From NCBI GenBank assembly GCA_951406725.2, contig OX597832.1, positions 54,746,001 to 54,810,000 of the forward strand: a stretch of 64,000 bases of DNA, written 5' to 3'. Below, one piece after another: positions 11,144-23,505 of this stretch. The position numbers and the translations under genes were made by a program. Position 1 is the first letter of the stretch, and every line of letters starts with the position of its first letter. Below the pieces are notes generated by a model, which did no database searches, was not told where the DNA came from, and saw only the letters and a program-made list of their open reading frames with translations. Origin of the DNA: Octopus vulgaris (Eukaryota).

Positions 11144-11503
11144 GGCTCCGGGTTCACTCCCACTGCGTGGCACCTTCGGCAACTGTCTTCTACTATTGCC
11201 TCGGGCCGACCAAAGCCTTGTGAGTGGATTTGATAGATGGAGACTGAAAGAAGCCCATCGTATGTATGTATATATATATATATGTGTGTGTGTGTGCATG
11301 TGTGTGTATATGTTTGTGTGTCTGTCTGTCCTCCCAACATCGCTTGACAACCGATGCTGGTGTGATTACGTCCCCGTAACTTAGCGGTTCGGCAAAAGAG
11401 ACCGATAGAATATGAACTAGGCTTACAAAGAATAAGTCGTGGGGTCGAGTTGCTCGACTAAAGGCGGAGCTCCAGCAGAGCCACAGTCAAAGAGTAAAAG
11501 AGG
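11141..11503 (+). mobile_element. SINE family B
   Basis: Match to the other family B copies. Confidence 0.9.
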
Positions 11504-11748
11504 TTAAATAAAAAAAAATAAACTTATCATTCGCCATTTTCTTTTCGCCTTTGCATCGTAACTTTACGATCACTTGCGGTGAGTAACGTAAACGTCTTAG
11601 GATGATGGGTGATGAAACTACTAAACTGTTACACGAAATTTATGCAGTAGGTTTATAAATGCTCCTCACTATTGGATGGATGGTGGTACAGAGAGAAGGA
11701 TGTTAGATGTTTAGAGTTTGTGAGTGTTGGTCATATGTACAACCATGG

Positions 11749-11922
11749 CGAGGCAGTGAGTGAACAGAATCGTTAGCACGCCGGGCTGAGTTCAAATTCC
11801 GCCGATTAACTTTGATTCTCATCCTTTCGGGGACAATAAAATGAATACCAGTTGGATACTGAAGTTTATGTAATCGACTTAACCTATCTCCTGAAACTGC
11901 TGGCCTTGTGCCAAAATTTGAA
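11749..11922 (+). mobile_element. SINE family A, deleted, alternative tail
   Basis: Match to the other family A copies. Confidence 0.8.
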
Positions 11923-12770
11923 TCTTATATGTATATTAATGATGATGTCTTTGCGACATGGAAATTAAAGATGACATCAAAATGGCAGCAAAGTGATATT
12001 AAAGTGATATGAAAGTGTTATTAAAATGCCGTAAATTCAAATGGTGTAGGAATTTATGCAAAGATAGACAATGTTAGAGCAAAAATTATTATCAGAAGTT
12101 TCAGTCAATCGATTAACTGTAAGAAAGCAACTACAACAGCAACATCAGCAGCAGTAGCAGTAGCAGCAACAACAACAGCAGCAGCAGTAACAACAATTAT
12201 ATACAGAAACTAGTTATTTTTGAGCGTGAATTTAAGTATACAAACATTTACAAAATATATCGCTCATAGCAAAAGTAGTTAGAATCAGATTCTCTCGAAT
12301 CAAATTGAAAACGTCGCCATTTTAAACTTTAAATGTCTATGTTCTGAGAGAATAAAAACAAAGATTTATGCGACAGAATGACTAATGGCGATGTTGTTTT
12401 AGAAAACACTGTACTAAGTCAAATTGTCTTTGCCAGGAATATTGTAATGTAAATTTTAAAATATTGTGTTCCGTTAATTTTAAAACTACGACATGAATTG
12501 TTTTTCCTCCCTTTTTTTTTTAATGCGAAATTTTTATGTTTTGACGCTAAATCTTGAAATTCAACAATTTTGAGAACTGGAGAAATATCTAACATTTCAA
12601 TATTCAAATTGTTATATTGTCGTTGCTGTTGTTTATTTCTGAATAGAATCTGATCGAGAACACTTATTTTCAAAAGCATTCAAACGACGATCGTAGTCTA
12701 TTTCCTTCAGGTGTAGTGTACCATATAATATTTGGACTATAGTATCCAACATGTATTTTATTACGACCGT

Positions 12771-13148
12771 GGAGGCGCAATGGCCAAGTGGTTAGGGCAG
12801 CGGACTCGCGGTCGGAGGATCGCGGTTTCGATTCCCAGACCGGGCATTGTGAGTGTTTATTGAGCGAAAACACCTAAAGCTCCACGAGGCTCCGGCAGGG
12901 ATGGTGGTGAACACTGCTGTACTCTTTCACCACAACTTTCTCTCGCTCTTTCTTCCTGTTTCTCTTGTACCTGTATTTCAAAGGGTCAGCCTTGTCACAC
13001 TCTGTGTCACGCTGAATCTCCTCGAGAACTACGTTAAGGGTACACGTGTCTGTGGAGTGCTCAGCCACTTGCACGTTAATATCACGAGCAAGCTATTCCG
13101 TTGATCGTATCAGCTGGGACCCTCATCGTCGCAACCGACGGAGTGCTC
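12771..13148 (+). mobile_element. SINE family C, full length, tRNA-Arg(GCG)-like head
   Basis: ggaggcgcaatggccaagtggttagggcagcggactcgcggtc...ggtttcgattccc contains boxes A and B; the head recurs at 15860, 51530 and 53640 (minus). Confidence 0.88.
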
Positions 13149-13202
13149 CTAAATATTACGACCACGGTATTTCGTTTGATAGAAGTTTTTGCTGCTGTTT
13201 TA

Positions 13203-14316
13203 TGGCGGCGAGCTGGCAGAAACGTTAGCAGGCCGGGCGAAATACGCAGCCGTATTTCGTCTGCTGCTACGTTCTGAGTTCAAATTCCGCCGAGGTCAAC
13301 TTTGCCTTTCATCCTTTCGGGGTCGATTAAATAAGTACCAGTTACGCACTGGGGTCAATGTAATAGACTTAATCCGTTTGTCTGTCCATGTTTGTCCTCT
13401 CTGTGGTTAGCCCCTTGTAGCAATAAAGAAATAGGTATTTCTTCCGTCTTTACGTTCTGAGTTCAAATTCTGCCGGGGGTCGATTAAATAAGTACCAGTT
13501 ACGTACTGGGATCGATATAATCGACTTTATACGTTTGTCTGTCCTTGTTTGTCCTCTCTGTGTTTAGCCCCTTGTGGGTAGTAAAGAAATAGGTATTTCG
13601 TCCTTTACATTCTGAGTTCAAATTCCACCGAGGTCGACTTTGCCTTTCATCCTTTCGGGGTCGATTAAATAAGTACCAGTTACGCACCGGGGTCGATATA
13701 ATCGACTTAATCCGTTTGTTTGTCCTTGTTTGTCCTCTCTGTGTTTAGCCCCTTGTGGGTAGTAAAGAAATAGGTATTTCTTCCGTCTTTACAGTCTGAG
13801 TTCAAATTCCGCCGAGGTCGACATTGCCTTTTTTTCCTTTCGGGGTCGATTAAATAAGTACCAGTTACGCACCGGGGTCGAAATAATCGACTTAATCCGT
13901 TTGTCAGTCCTTATTTGCCCTCTCTGTGTATAGCCCTTTGTGGGTAGTAAAGAAATAGGTATTTCTTCCGTCTTTACGATCTGAGTTCAAATTCCGCCGA
14001 GGCCGACTTTGCTTTTCATCCTTTCGGGGTCGATTAAATATTTACCAGTTACGCACTGGGGTCGATATAATCAACTTAATCCGTTTGTCTGTCCTTATTT
14101 GCCCTCTCTGTGTATAGCCCTTTGTGGGTAGAAAAGAAATAGGTATTTCTTCCGTCTTTACGATCTGAGTTCAAATTCCGCCGAGGCCGACTTTGCCTTT
14201 CATCCTTTCGGGGTCGATTAAATAAGTACCAGTTACGCACTGGGGCCGACTTAATCCGTTTGTTTGTCCTTGTTTGTCCCCTGTGTGTGTAGCCCTTTGT
14301 AGGCAGTAAAGAAATA
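13203..14316 (+). mobile_element. SINE family A concatemer: one head and six tandem bodies
   Basis: Units of ~160-185 bp joined at aagaaataggtatttc; single 20-bp TSD agaagtttt(t/c)gctgctgttt at 13181-13200 and 14317-14336. Confidence 0.93.
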
Positions 14317-14349
14317 AGAAGTTTTCGCTGCTGTTTCTACCAGGTCGAT

Positions 14350-14700
14350 ACTCCCTCATTGCCTCCAATAGATTTTGAGTGTAGCATATTTTCAATGTCT
14401 CCTTTGTTGTTGGGACCGGATATACAACACATTCAGGAGTAGTTTCACGAAAGCTTAAAGACTCACTGTTATCTCATCAATTGGAATACTAATGAAGATG
14501 CTAAAGGAATTGCTGTTTCTGCGGGATCTTTCACTACCAGTTTTGTTTGCTTTCTTTTAAGAGAAACGGTCTGTGAAGTCGGTGAAGTGTCTTAATGCCA
14601 ATCTCACTAGCATCTTAATGCTTGTGTGATAAGCTTCAAGCTCTCCATTATTCAATGGAAAAGATATTTCTTCCAGTTTAGAAATATCGCTTTCATTGAA
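14350..14700 (-). pseudogene. Possible degenerate Penelope-like RT fragment
   Basis: Minus-strand peptides SIFISIPIDEI and ETLKICYTQN resemble the PLE RT motifs SLFTNIP.DE and L..C...N; frameshifted. Confidence 0.35.
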
Positions 14701-15264
14701 TAAGAACGAAAAATCTATAGAAAGTTTGTTCCTGCGGCAACATTTAAACTGTTTCTACTACTTCCTTAACAGATCTTAAAATAACCCAACCGAACAATAG
14801 AAAGTACTTATAGAAAGGCAAAAAGATAATATTATAATAAAAACGTTCATTGTTCTATGAAATATGCTACTTCTAGCCTAATATGGCGCTTTTCCGATCT
14901 AGGGGAAAGAGATAGCTGAAAGTTATACAGATCACCATGGCAATGGCAGGATAGGAAACGCAAAGTGGAGATATCGTGGTTGACAAACGAGCGACTTAAC
15001 GACTTAGTTGTATCATAAATACTTGATAAATGTTAGAATTCGTGCTTCAAATAATATCAGAGGAAAAGGAATTATGTTAATAGAGCTAATCTAAATGTTT
15101 GTATGATACATCTGTAGTAGAACCGTTGTCGTCTGATAACCTCAGTCAAATTTTTGCCATGTGATAACATCCCTTGTCTAGCTGTTATCCTCTGATAACA
15201 GCTGTGGACTAATCGTTAACATAGAACATGATTGGTTGTCTAACTGTTGTCGTGTGATATTAAT

Positions 15265-15495
15265 GGTGGCGAGCTGGCAGAAACGTTAGCACACCGGGCG
15301 AAATACTTAGTGGTATTGCGTCTGTCGTTGCGTTCTGAGTTCAAATTCCGCCGAGGTCGACTTTGCCTTTCATCCTTTCGGGGTCGATAAATTAAGTACC
15401 AGTTATGCACTGGGGTCGGTGTAATCGACTTAATCCGTTTGTCTGTCCTTGTTTGTCCCCTCTATGTTTAGCCCCTTGTGGGCAATAAAGAAACA
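15265..15495 (+). mobile_element. SINE family A monomer, full length
   Basis: 14-bp TSD gatattaatggtgg at 15256-15269 and 15496-15509. Confidence 0.93.
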
Positions 15496-15627
15496 GATAT
15501 TAATGGTGGTCTAATGGCTGACATTAAAAACAATAGTAGTCTAACTGTTATCTTGTCAAGATAGGGGTAGTCTAAATAAAATAAAATACATATGCAAATC
15601 TCCTTATTCATTGTAGATTATTATATA

Positions 15628-15810
15628 TTTCTTTATTGCCCACAGGGGGCTAAACATAGAGGGGACAAACAAGGACAGACAAGGGGGATTAAGTCGATTA
15701 TATCGACCCCAGTGATTGACTTGTACTTATTTAATCGACCCGGAAAGGATGAAAAGCAAAGTCGACTTCGGCGGAATTTGAACTCAGAACGTAGCGGCAG
15801 ACGAAATACC
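15628..15810 (-). mobile_element. SINE family A body
   Basis: Reverse complement of the family A body. Confidence 0.9.
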
Positions 15811-15859
15811 CACCGCCGAAGCCTCGTGTAGCTTAAGCAATAAGCTCGTGTAGCTTAAG

Positions 15860-15952
15860 CAATAAACACTCACAATGCCCGGATTGAGAATCGAAACCGC
15901 GTTCTTACGACCGCGAATCCGCTGTCGTAACCACTGAGCCATTGCGCCTCCA
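15860..15952 (-). mobile_element. SINE family C head
   Basis: Reverse complement of 12771-12862. Confidence 0.85.
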
Positions 15953-16044
15953 TATCTTTTGGAATTGCTGTTCTTGCAACTTAAGCAAACCTGCCAACAA
16001 ATTTTCCTTACTTTTACAATTTTCCGTAAAATTCGTGCACCAAC

Positions 16045-16205
16045 TTCTTGAGCTTATAAACTCCCCTTCGAGTTTCTATTAACTCCACGTGAACTGGTTT
16101 ACCCTCATCGAGTTTATTACTTTCTCATGGGTTGTTTAAATCCTCATCAAATTTATTAATTCCTCGCAAGTTGTTTAAATCCTCGTCACCACTGTTATAT
16201 CCTCA
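16045..16205. repeat. Degenerate ~20-bp minisatellite
   Basis: Recurring units such as gttgtttaaatcctc and agtttattactttctc. Confidence 0.55.
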
Positions 16206-16401
16206 ACATGTCAGGTTTCTTATAACGCCCACTTCGGTATACAATACACTTAGTAAACCCAGTAAAGACACGACTATCTCTGATCGCCAACTACGTACTC
16301 TGGTACATCTCTTTACTTATAGTGACTAGGTTATTCCATTCGTCACGTGAGAGGGGTGTACCATTATTACTAATTCACTAAAAGCCGTTTTATATACATA
16401 T

Positions 16402-16795
16402 CATTTTCATTTTTTTTCATTTTTCATTTTCATCTAGTTTCAGTTCACGAGCTGTGGCCATGCTGGGGCACCGCCATTCGGTGTTGCTACATGATTTTAC
16501 TTCACGAATGCTTATATATGTAATATAAAGAATATATAAATATATATGCATACATACACATATATATATGTACATACATATATTTGTATATACATGCATA
16601 TATAGGCACAAGACACCAAGGAAAGTAAACAACATAGAATATACACAAAACACGAAAACAACAAAAAATGAACATCTTGGGGACAACGAAAGAAACAAAC
16701 GGAAAACAAGAAAAGCAGCACGAAAAGACGACCCTTCATCAGTTGTTGCCTGTTTTTCTACTCCGTATTTCGAGCATTTCACAATAACATGCGTT
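16402..16795 (-). mobile_element. Dispersed repeat with hammerhead-like boxes, microsatellite middle and SINE/RTE-type tail
   Basis: 5' part is homologous to 36730-36960 (+) and 43445-43660 (-); tail ggcggtgccccagcatggccacagctcgtgaactgaaactaga(tgaaaa)n also occurs at 31427-31495. Confidence 0.65.
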
Positions 16796-17228
16796 TTCGA
16801 CATATATATATCGGTCCCCGGGTTCAACTGGTACTTATTTTATCGACCCCGGAAGGTTCAAAGTCAAAGTCAACCTCGGTGGCGTTTGAATTCAGAACGT
16901 GAAGACGGACGAATTGTTGCAAAGCATTTTGTCCGGTGCATACATATATACATACATACATATATACATATATATATATATGTATATATAGAAATGTCGA
17001 ATTGTATTTGGCTGATCTAGAAACGTACGTTCTCAAATAATCTTTTCACTTGTGATTTTTTAATGTTTTTACCCCCATACCTTCGTGGGTTATTTTGAGT
17101 AAACACTATCTGAGAGAAATTTTCTTTAAGTATTAGAAATGGCTAAAAAAAATTTTTTACCTGCTATTTCTAATGAGTTCAGTATGTGGCAAAGTAATTT
17201 ATTTTACTAAGCCCTTTATAAAATGTAA

Positions 17229-17229
<1 letters not shown>

Positions 17230-17294
<65 letters not shown>

Positions 17295-17320
17295 TATACA
17301 CATATATATACACATATATA

Positions 17321-17370
<50 letters not shown>

Positions 17371-17498
17371 TATACATATATATATACACATATATATGTA
17401 CATACATATATATATTTATATATATATAATATATATATATGCATACATACACACGTGTATATATATATATAATATATATATGCATACATACACACGTG

Positions 17499-17531
<33 letters not shown>

Positions 17532-18021
17532 GCACGCACATATATCTACATATATATTTTCGTGTGTGCATGTGGATGTGTAAGTGTGTGTATAAATGAA
17601 GTGTTTTGTTCGACACACATTCACACGCATGAATGTATGCATCTATGTGTAATCGATTTGGCAAGCAGGCACATATCTTCATTGTTGTACACATATCTTC
17701 ATTTTTTTCCATTTTGTTTCCGTCACATTTACCAATATTGGAGTCTAGTTTTAATTTTTAATTTCTCTTCGAGCACTTTTAAGTGGACGAGTTCAAAACA
17801 CGTGCTGTGTTGGAGTCCACGTGTCTCTCCAATAAATAAATATATGTACATATGAATTTGTATGTAAGTGCGCGTACATATGTGATCTTTCATATACTTG
17901 TGTGTGTGTGTGTGCGTGCATGTGTGTGTCTGTGTGTGTCTGTGTGTATAGTCTACTTGTTTTTTTTGTTTTATTTCAAAAATTCTTGCCGCGAATGTGT
18001 ATATATGCATGTATGTATACG

Positions 18022-18052
<31 letters not shown>

Positions 18053-18200
18053 GCATAACATACATATACGCATACATACATACATACATACATATATACA
18101 TACATACAAATAAACATACACACACATTTATATATTCACACACACACACATATATATATATATATGCACATAGATACACACATATACATACATCATACAT

Positions 18201-18234
<34 letters not shown>

Positions 18235-18413
18235 TATGTATGTGTATATATATATATACATACATACATATATATATGCATGCGTATATTCATATATACG
18301 TGTGTGTGTAATGTGCGTATGTATATGTACGTATGCACACACACACACACACACCATACATTTACATACATATATATACATATACATATATATGAATATA
18401 CACATACATACAT

Positions 18414-18486
<73 letters not shown>

Positions 18487-18552
18487 TGCGTGTATTCATA
18501 TATACGTGTGTGTGTAATGTGCGTATGTATATGTACGTATGCACACACACAC

Positions 18553-18605
<53 letters not shown>
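17230..18605. repeat. Long compound (TA)/(TACA)/(TG) microsatellite region with short unique spacers
   Basis: Direct reading. Confidence 0.9.
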
Positions 18606-18606
<1 letters not shown>

Positions 18607-19038
18607 CGGAGAGTGAGTGAGTAGATTGTCAGCTTGTATGTTATATGCATATCTGTGTGAAAGAGCGAGAATTGTGCGACCGGCTGCTATTCTGGTAAAG
18701 CCGCGTAAATGTCAGAAACATCAAACTATGTCATGGACTGCGACGTTATGTAGTACAAGTGCATTCGTCGCCCAGCCTCCACATCTCCGCCGCCCTTTCC
18801 ATCTCTTCCAACTGGGTTAAATCGTTCTAGTTTTAAACCCCCCCACACACACACACACACACCCTCACGCCCAGCCCCCGCCATTTTCTAACCAGAATGA
18901 CTTTTCAATGAGTCGTTTGTTTCCTCTGGCTGAGAAAAAAAAAATTATCTTCGCTTGTCGCCACAGAATAGATTTTTGTACTCTCCGAGTTGCACTGTTC
19001 TTTATCTCCGTGTGCCGTTCGCTCGGGCGTGTGCGTGA

Positions 19039-19113
<75 letters not shown>

Positions 19114-19383
19114 TGTTGCTATATGTGTGTGCGTGTCTGTTGCTATATGTGTGTGCGTGTCTGCGTTTGTGTGTTTGTATCTCTGTGCGTATTTATTTGT
19201 TGTTGTCTGCTTGTTCTTACGTTTGCATTTGTGTGAATATTACTGCACATACACGCGCACACGTATATACACACACGTGCGCACACACATACGCCCACAC
19301 TTCTGGTAGTACCAAATGCACCCTGACTACAGATATCTTAGTGTGTGTGCTTGTCCGTGAATGTGTGTGTGTGTGTTGCACGT

Positions 19384-19421
<38 letters not shown>

Positions 19422-19439
19422 GTATATATATATACACGT

Positions 19440-19479
<40 letters not shown>

Positions 19480-19486
19480 GTGTATA

Positions 19487-19676
19487 TTTTTTGAGTAATG
19501 AGATAAAAAAAACCAAGGCTGTGTATGTATTAGAACATTTATAGATAGAAGGTCTTACAGCTGTTTCAAGGATATTTATTAATTATATCCCTTCATCGGA
19601 GAAGATGGTTAAGTAATAGTTAATTTAGATAGGATACAAAATAAAGACTTGGTTTTTTATCTCATTACGCAAAAAA
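19487..19676 (-). mobile_element. Small inverted-repeat element, probable Penelope-like pLTR remnant
   Basis: ~30-bp inverted repeats at 19487-19517 and 19648-19676 enclosing a hammerhead motif. Confidence 0.65.
19553..19602 (-). ncRNA. Minimal type I hammerhead ribozyme motif (U4C variant)
   Basis: UCU CCGAUGA AGGGAUAU-loop-AUAUCCUU GAA ACAGCUGU A AGA: 3-bp stem I, 8-bp stem II, palindromic stem III, GUA triplet. Confidence 0.7.
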
Positions 19677-19847
19677 TTCTTATATACACACGCTGACACA
19701 TGACCAATGTTGAACCCCTTATTCGTAAAATCACCGAACCTGGAACTTAACTATAGTCTGTCTATATCACTTATTCAGCATTACCTGACACCTTTGGGTC
19801 TCAATTACACCATTACCTCTTATAACCTCTATATATAAGTAAAAGAG

Positions 19848-19881
<34 letters not shown>

Positions 19882-20642
19882 TTTGATTTTAACGTTCAAA
19901 ACTTTCAGTACTCTATTTGTCTTTCCGCATGAGACATCGACTTTTGTTTCAAGAATGTTTTCTTTTGTCTTATTTCGGCTGTAAATGAATGGTTCTTTTT
20001 TTTTTTTGTTTACTTATGTTTAGGCTGAAGTATGTTGTTTTGAATATTCTTTTAAGCTTGTCCCCATCCCTGGCGCTATATATATATTATGTATATTTTT
20101 CTGTGTATTTGATTTTCTCCTTTTCACTTTACACAAATCTGTGACAACTGTATCTTTGACTGTTGATGCGCCAAGAGTTATGCAGTCTTGGTGTAACGCA
20201 ACGAAACCGTGGAAATTCCATAGCATATAGAGCTGACGAAAAGAAATCATATGCATTACATCACGACAACAAGGGTGACTCTGCTCATTGACTTGACCTA
20301 CTTAAAAACAGCAGTGAAGCGCTCTCCTTGAAACCAAGGTTTGGATTTTAAAAAGAAGACACTTTCAAAAGCTTCATCCTAAATATACTATAAATATACT
20401 AAAAGACGGAATGGTTAAGACTGCAAAAGCTCTAATCAAGAGTATACTAGATGAGGACTAATCTTGGGCTAAACCCTCGAGTAACCGAACATAGATTATA
20501 TTACTCTAATTAGTCTGTTAGCCTCATTCCACCTTTCCTTTCAGCTAAAACTTCCTGTCATCTAATTTTTTTTTGTTTTGTTTTGTTTCTAACGTAGGTA
20601 GAAGGTCAAGAATTTTGAGGAGAATGGCAAATCGATTTCATT

Positions 20643-21060
20643 ACTCTTTTACTCTTTTACTCTTTTACTTGTTTCAGTCATTTGACTCCGGCCATGCTGG
20701 AGCACCGCCTTGTGGTAAGCAACTCGACCCCGGGACTTATTCTTTGTAAGCCCAGTACTTATTCTATCGGTCTCTTTTGCCGAACCGCTAGGTGACGGGG
20801 ACATAAACACACCAGCATCGGTTGTCAAGCAATACTAGGGGGACAAACACAGACACACAAACACACACGCACATATTTATATATATACATATATACGACG
20901 GGCTTCTTTCAGTTTCCGTCTACCAAATCCACTCACAAGGCTTTGGTCGGCCCGAGGCTATAGTAGAAGACACTTGCCCAAGGTGCCACGCAGTGGGACT
21001 GAACCCGGAACCATGTGGTTGGTAAGCAAGCTACTTACCACACAGACACTCCTGCGCCTA
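20643..21060 (-). mobile_element. SINE family B, full length
   Basis: Reverse complement from the (ttactctt)n tail to the cctgcgcc head. Confidence 0.93.
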
Positions 21061-21475
21061 TTGTTCATAATATTTGATTGGTTCTTTATCTTATCGACCT
21101 AGAAAGGATAGACCTGGGCAGGATTTGAAATCAGAACGTAAATAGCCGGAGGAAATGCCGTTAAGCATTTTGTTCGGCGTGTCAACGAGTTTGACGGCCA
21201 TCTTGCCGCTGCCCGTCTGTCATTCACAATGGACTCTATCACTCCACCTGGAAAATCACAAAAACCTACACAAATACCTTTAGTCACGCCTTTGTATGTG
21301 TTGTATTGTGTGTGCGTGGGAAAGAGACAAGCGTGTGAATGCGTCAACGTGTGATGTGTGTGTGTGTGTGTTGTTACTGTGTGTATACATATATACATAT
21401 ACATATATGTATGTATGTGTGAATGTATGTATGTATGTATGTATGTATATATACGTACCTTTTATCCTTTACCCC

Positions 21476-21540
<65 letters not shown>

Positions 21541-21653
21541 TATATATTTACCATATATATGTTTAAATTTACCATAAATGGTCCTTTTACATACTGAACA
21601 CTGCTTGGTAAAATAATTAATAACTAATTAATTTTACCCTTATTATTATTTAC

Positions 21654-21713
<60 letters not shown>

Positions 21714-21749
21714 TGTATGTATGTATGTATGTATGTATGTATGTATGCA

Positions 21750-21995
21750 TATTCTTTTATTTGTTTCAGTAATTTGACTGTGGCCATGATGGAGCACCAC
21801 CTTTAGTCGAACAAATCGACCCCAGAACTTTTTCTTCGTAAGCCTAGTACTTTTTCTATTGATCACTTTTGCCGAACCGCTAAGTTACGGGGACGTAGAC
21901 ACACCAGCATCGGTTGTCAAGCGACGGTGGGGGGTTACAAACACAAACACACACACACACACATACATATATATAAATATACGACGGGCTTCTTT
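21750..21995 (-). mobile_element. SINE family B 3' half
   Basis: Match to the other family B copies. Confidence 0.85.
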
Positions 21996-22370
21996 GCCAT
22001 GCTGATGTGGTCCTCGATAAATATATCCAAGGGTAATTTCAAATCATTTGAGCGCAACTGTTCTCTATGCTGAAATTCTCTTCGGCCGTTCACAAATGGT
22101 CCCGTCTTGAACCACATTTATTCAAGTTCGTATGTCCATTTTTGTGTTGTATGTCTATCTATCTATCTATCTATTGTTTGTTCGCTTTAGTTATGTTTTG
22201 GTCCTATTTCCCCGCAGCCTTTTCTTTTTTATTTTGTTGCTGGCGCCACCGGAATGGAATGGATATTATCGTTAAAGGTGCGACTCTGCGTTTGATTCTC
22301 CGGCCGACAATTGATAAGGAGTTGGTGACCTTCTATGTATGTTTTACACACACATACATACGTATATACA

Positions 22371-22402
<32 letters not shown>

Positions 22403-22422
22403 CATACATATGTGTATATGTC

Positions 22423-22482
<60 letters not shown>

Positions 22483-22483
22483 G

Positions 22484-22690
22484 GGCAGTAGGCTGGCAGA
22501 ACCGTTAGCGCGTCGGACCAAAGGCTTATCCGTTCTGGCATGCTATAATCTTATTTCTAAAGCCGCCGATGTTAACTTTATCCCTTTAATTCCTTTCAGG
22601 GTCGATAAAATATACTACCGGTGAAATACTGAAATCAATATATCAACCTTCTCCCTCGAAGTTTCCGGCATTGCGCCTAAATCAGAAACC
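22484..22690 (+). mobile_element. SINE family A, old diverged copy
   Basis: ggctggcagaaccgttagcgcgtcgg...cctttcagggtcgataaaa. Confidence 0.7.
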
Positions 22691-23505
22691 ATGAAGCTTT
22701 CTAGCACCGAGCATTCCTGTGTAATTTTTCTAATTTTCTTCCCGACATTATGTTAATGACATACTGTGTAAGTCAACGACTCTTTCAATATATATCAGTT
22801 ATTCTGTGTAGTGCAGTTATGTACGTATTTGTTTTATGTCACACAACGAATGTCTGTCAGTTAAGTGTAGATCCTTCAAATGTTATTCTTGTGACTAGAG
22901 GAAAAACGATCTTCAATTTGAATATACCCTCAGTGCGTAATTTCTATTAAAATTGTCTTTCGTGTGTATTTTCTAAAAAGCAAGCAAACAAACAAACAAT
23001 ATTTATTTCAAGTTTTCAGCTTCATTTGACAGATCGAAGCAAGACAACCAAATCAGTTACAACTATAGATTGTATTCATATTTTATTTATTACCTCATCT
23101 CCACTGTTCGTCTCTGTTACAGTCGTTGAAATTTATCCATATTCCTTTCATATCTTCTGTCTAGTTTCTATTTTACTAATCGTATCTATAATTGTTGAAG
23201 CACCTGGAAGTCATGTATTGCTGTTATAATGTGTCGAAACTACAAAAACTCCGTAGACCACACAGCTGATGAAAGTGTAGGGATTATTTATTCAGGAATT
23301 TTTTGACAATTAAGGTTGGACAGCAATTACTTTCTTTCAGTTTTAGTGAATACAAAAAGGTGTAAGTTATTTGCTTCATGTTATGACTTGCTGACGATTC
23401 CAAAGAAAGGATGAAATAGAATTTCACATGGATACCAACGACGAGAATATTCGAGACCTTTACAATGTATAGGAAATAAAAATATTAAATGTGCATACTA
23501 ATAAG

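Noticed and set aside
13203-14316. CRISPR-like periodic array
   Set aside because: Units are whole SINE bodies with no unique spacers, the context is eukaryotic and there are no cas genes
23234-23275. Fourth permuted hammerhead-box copy (cgaaac...gtaga...ctgatgaa)
   Set aside because: Spacing is 30 nt with GTAGA displaced, no stem II pairing and no flank homology to the other three; kept only as a near miss
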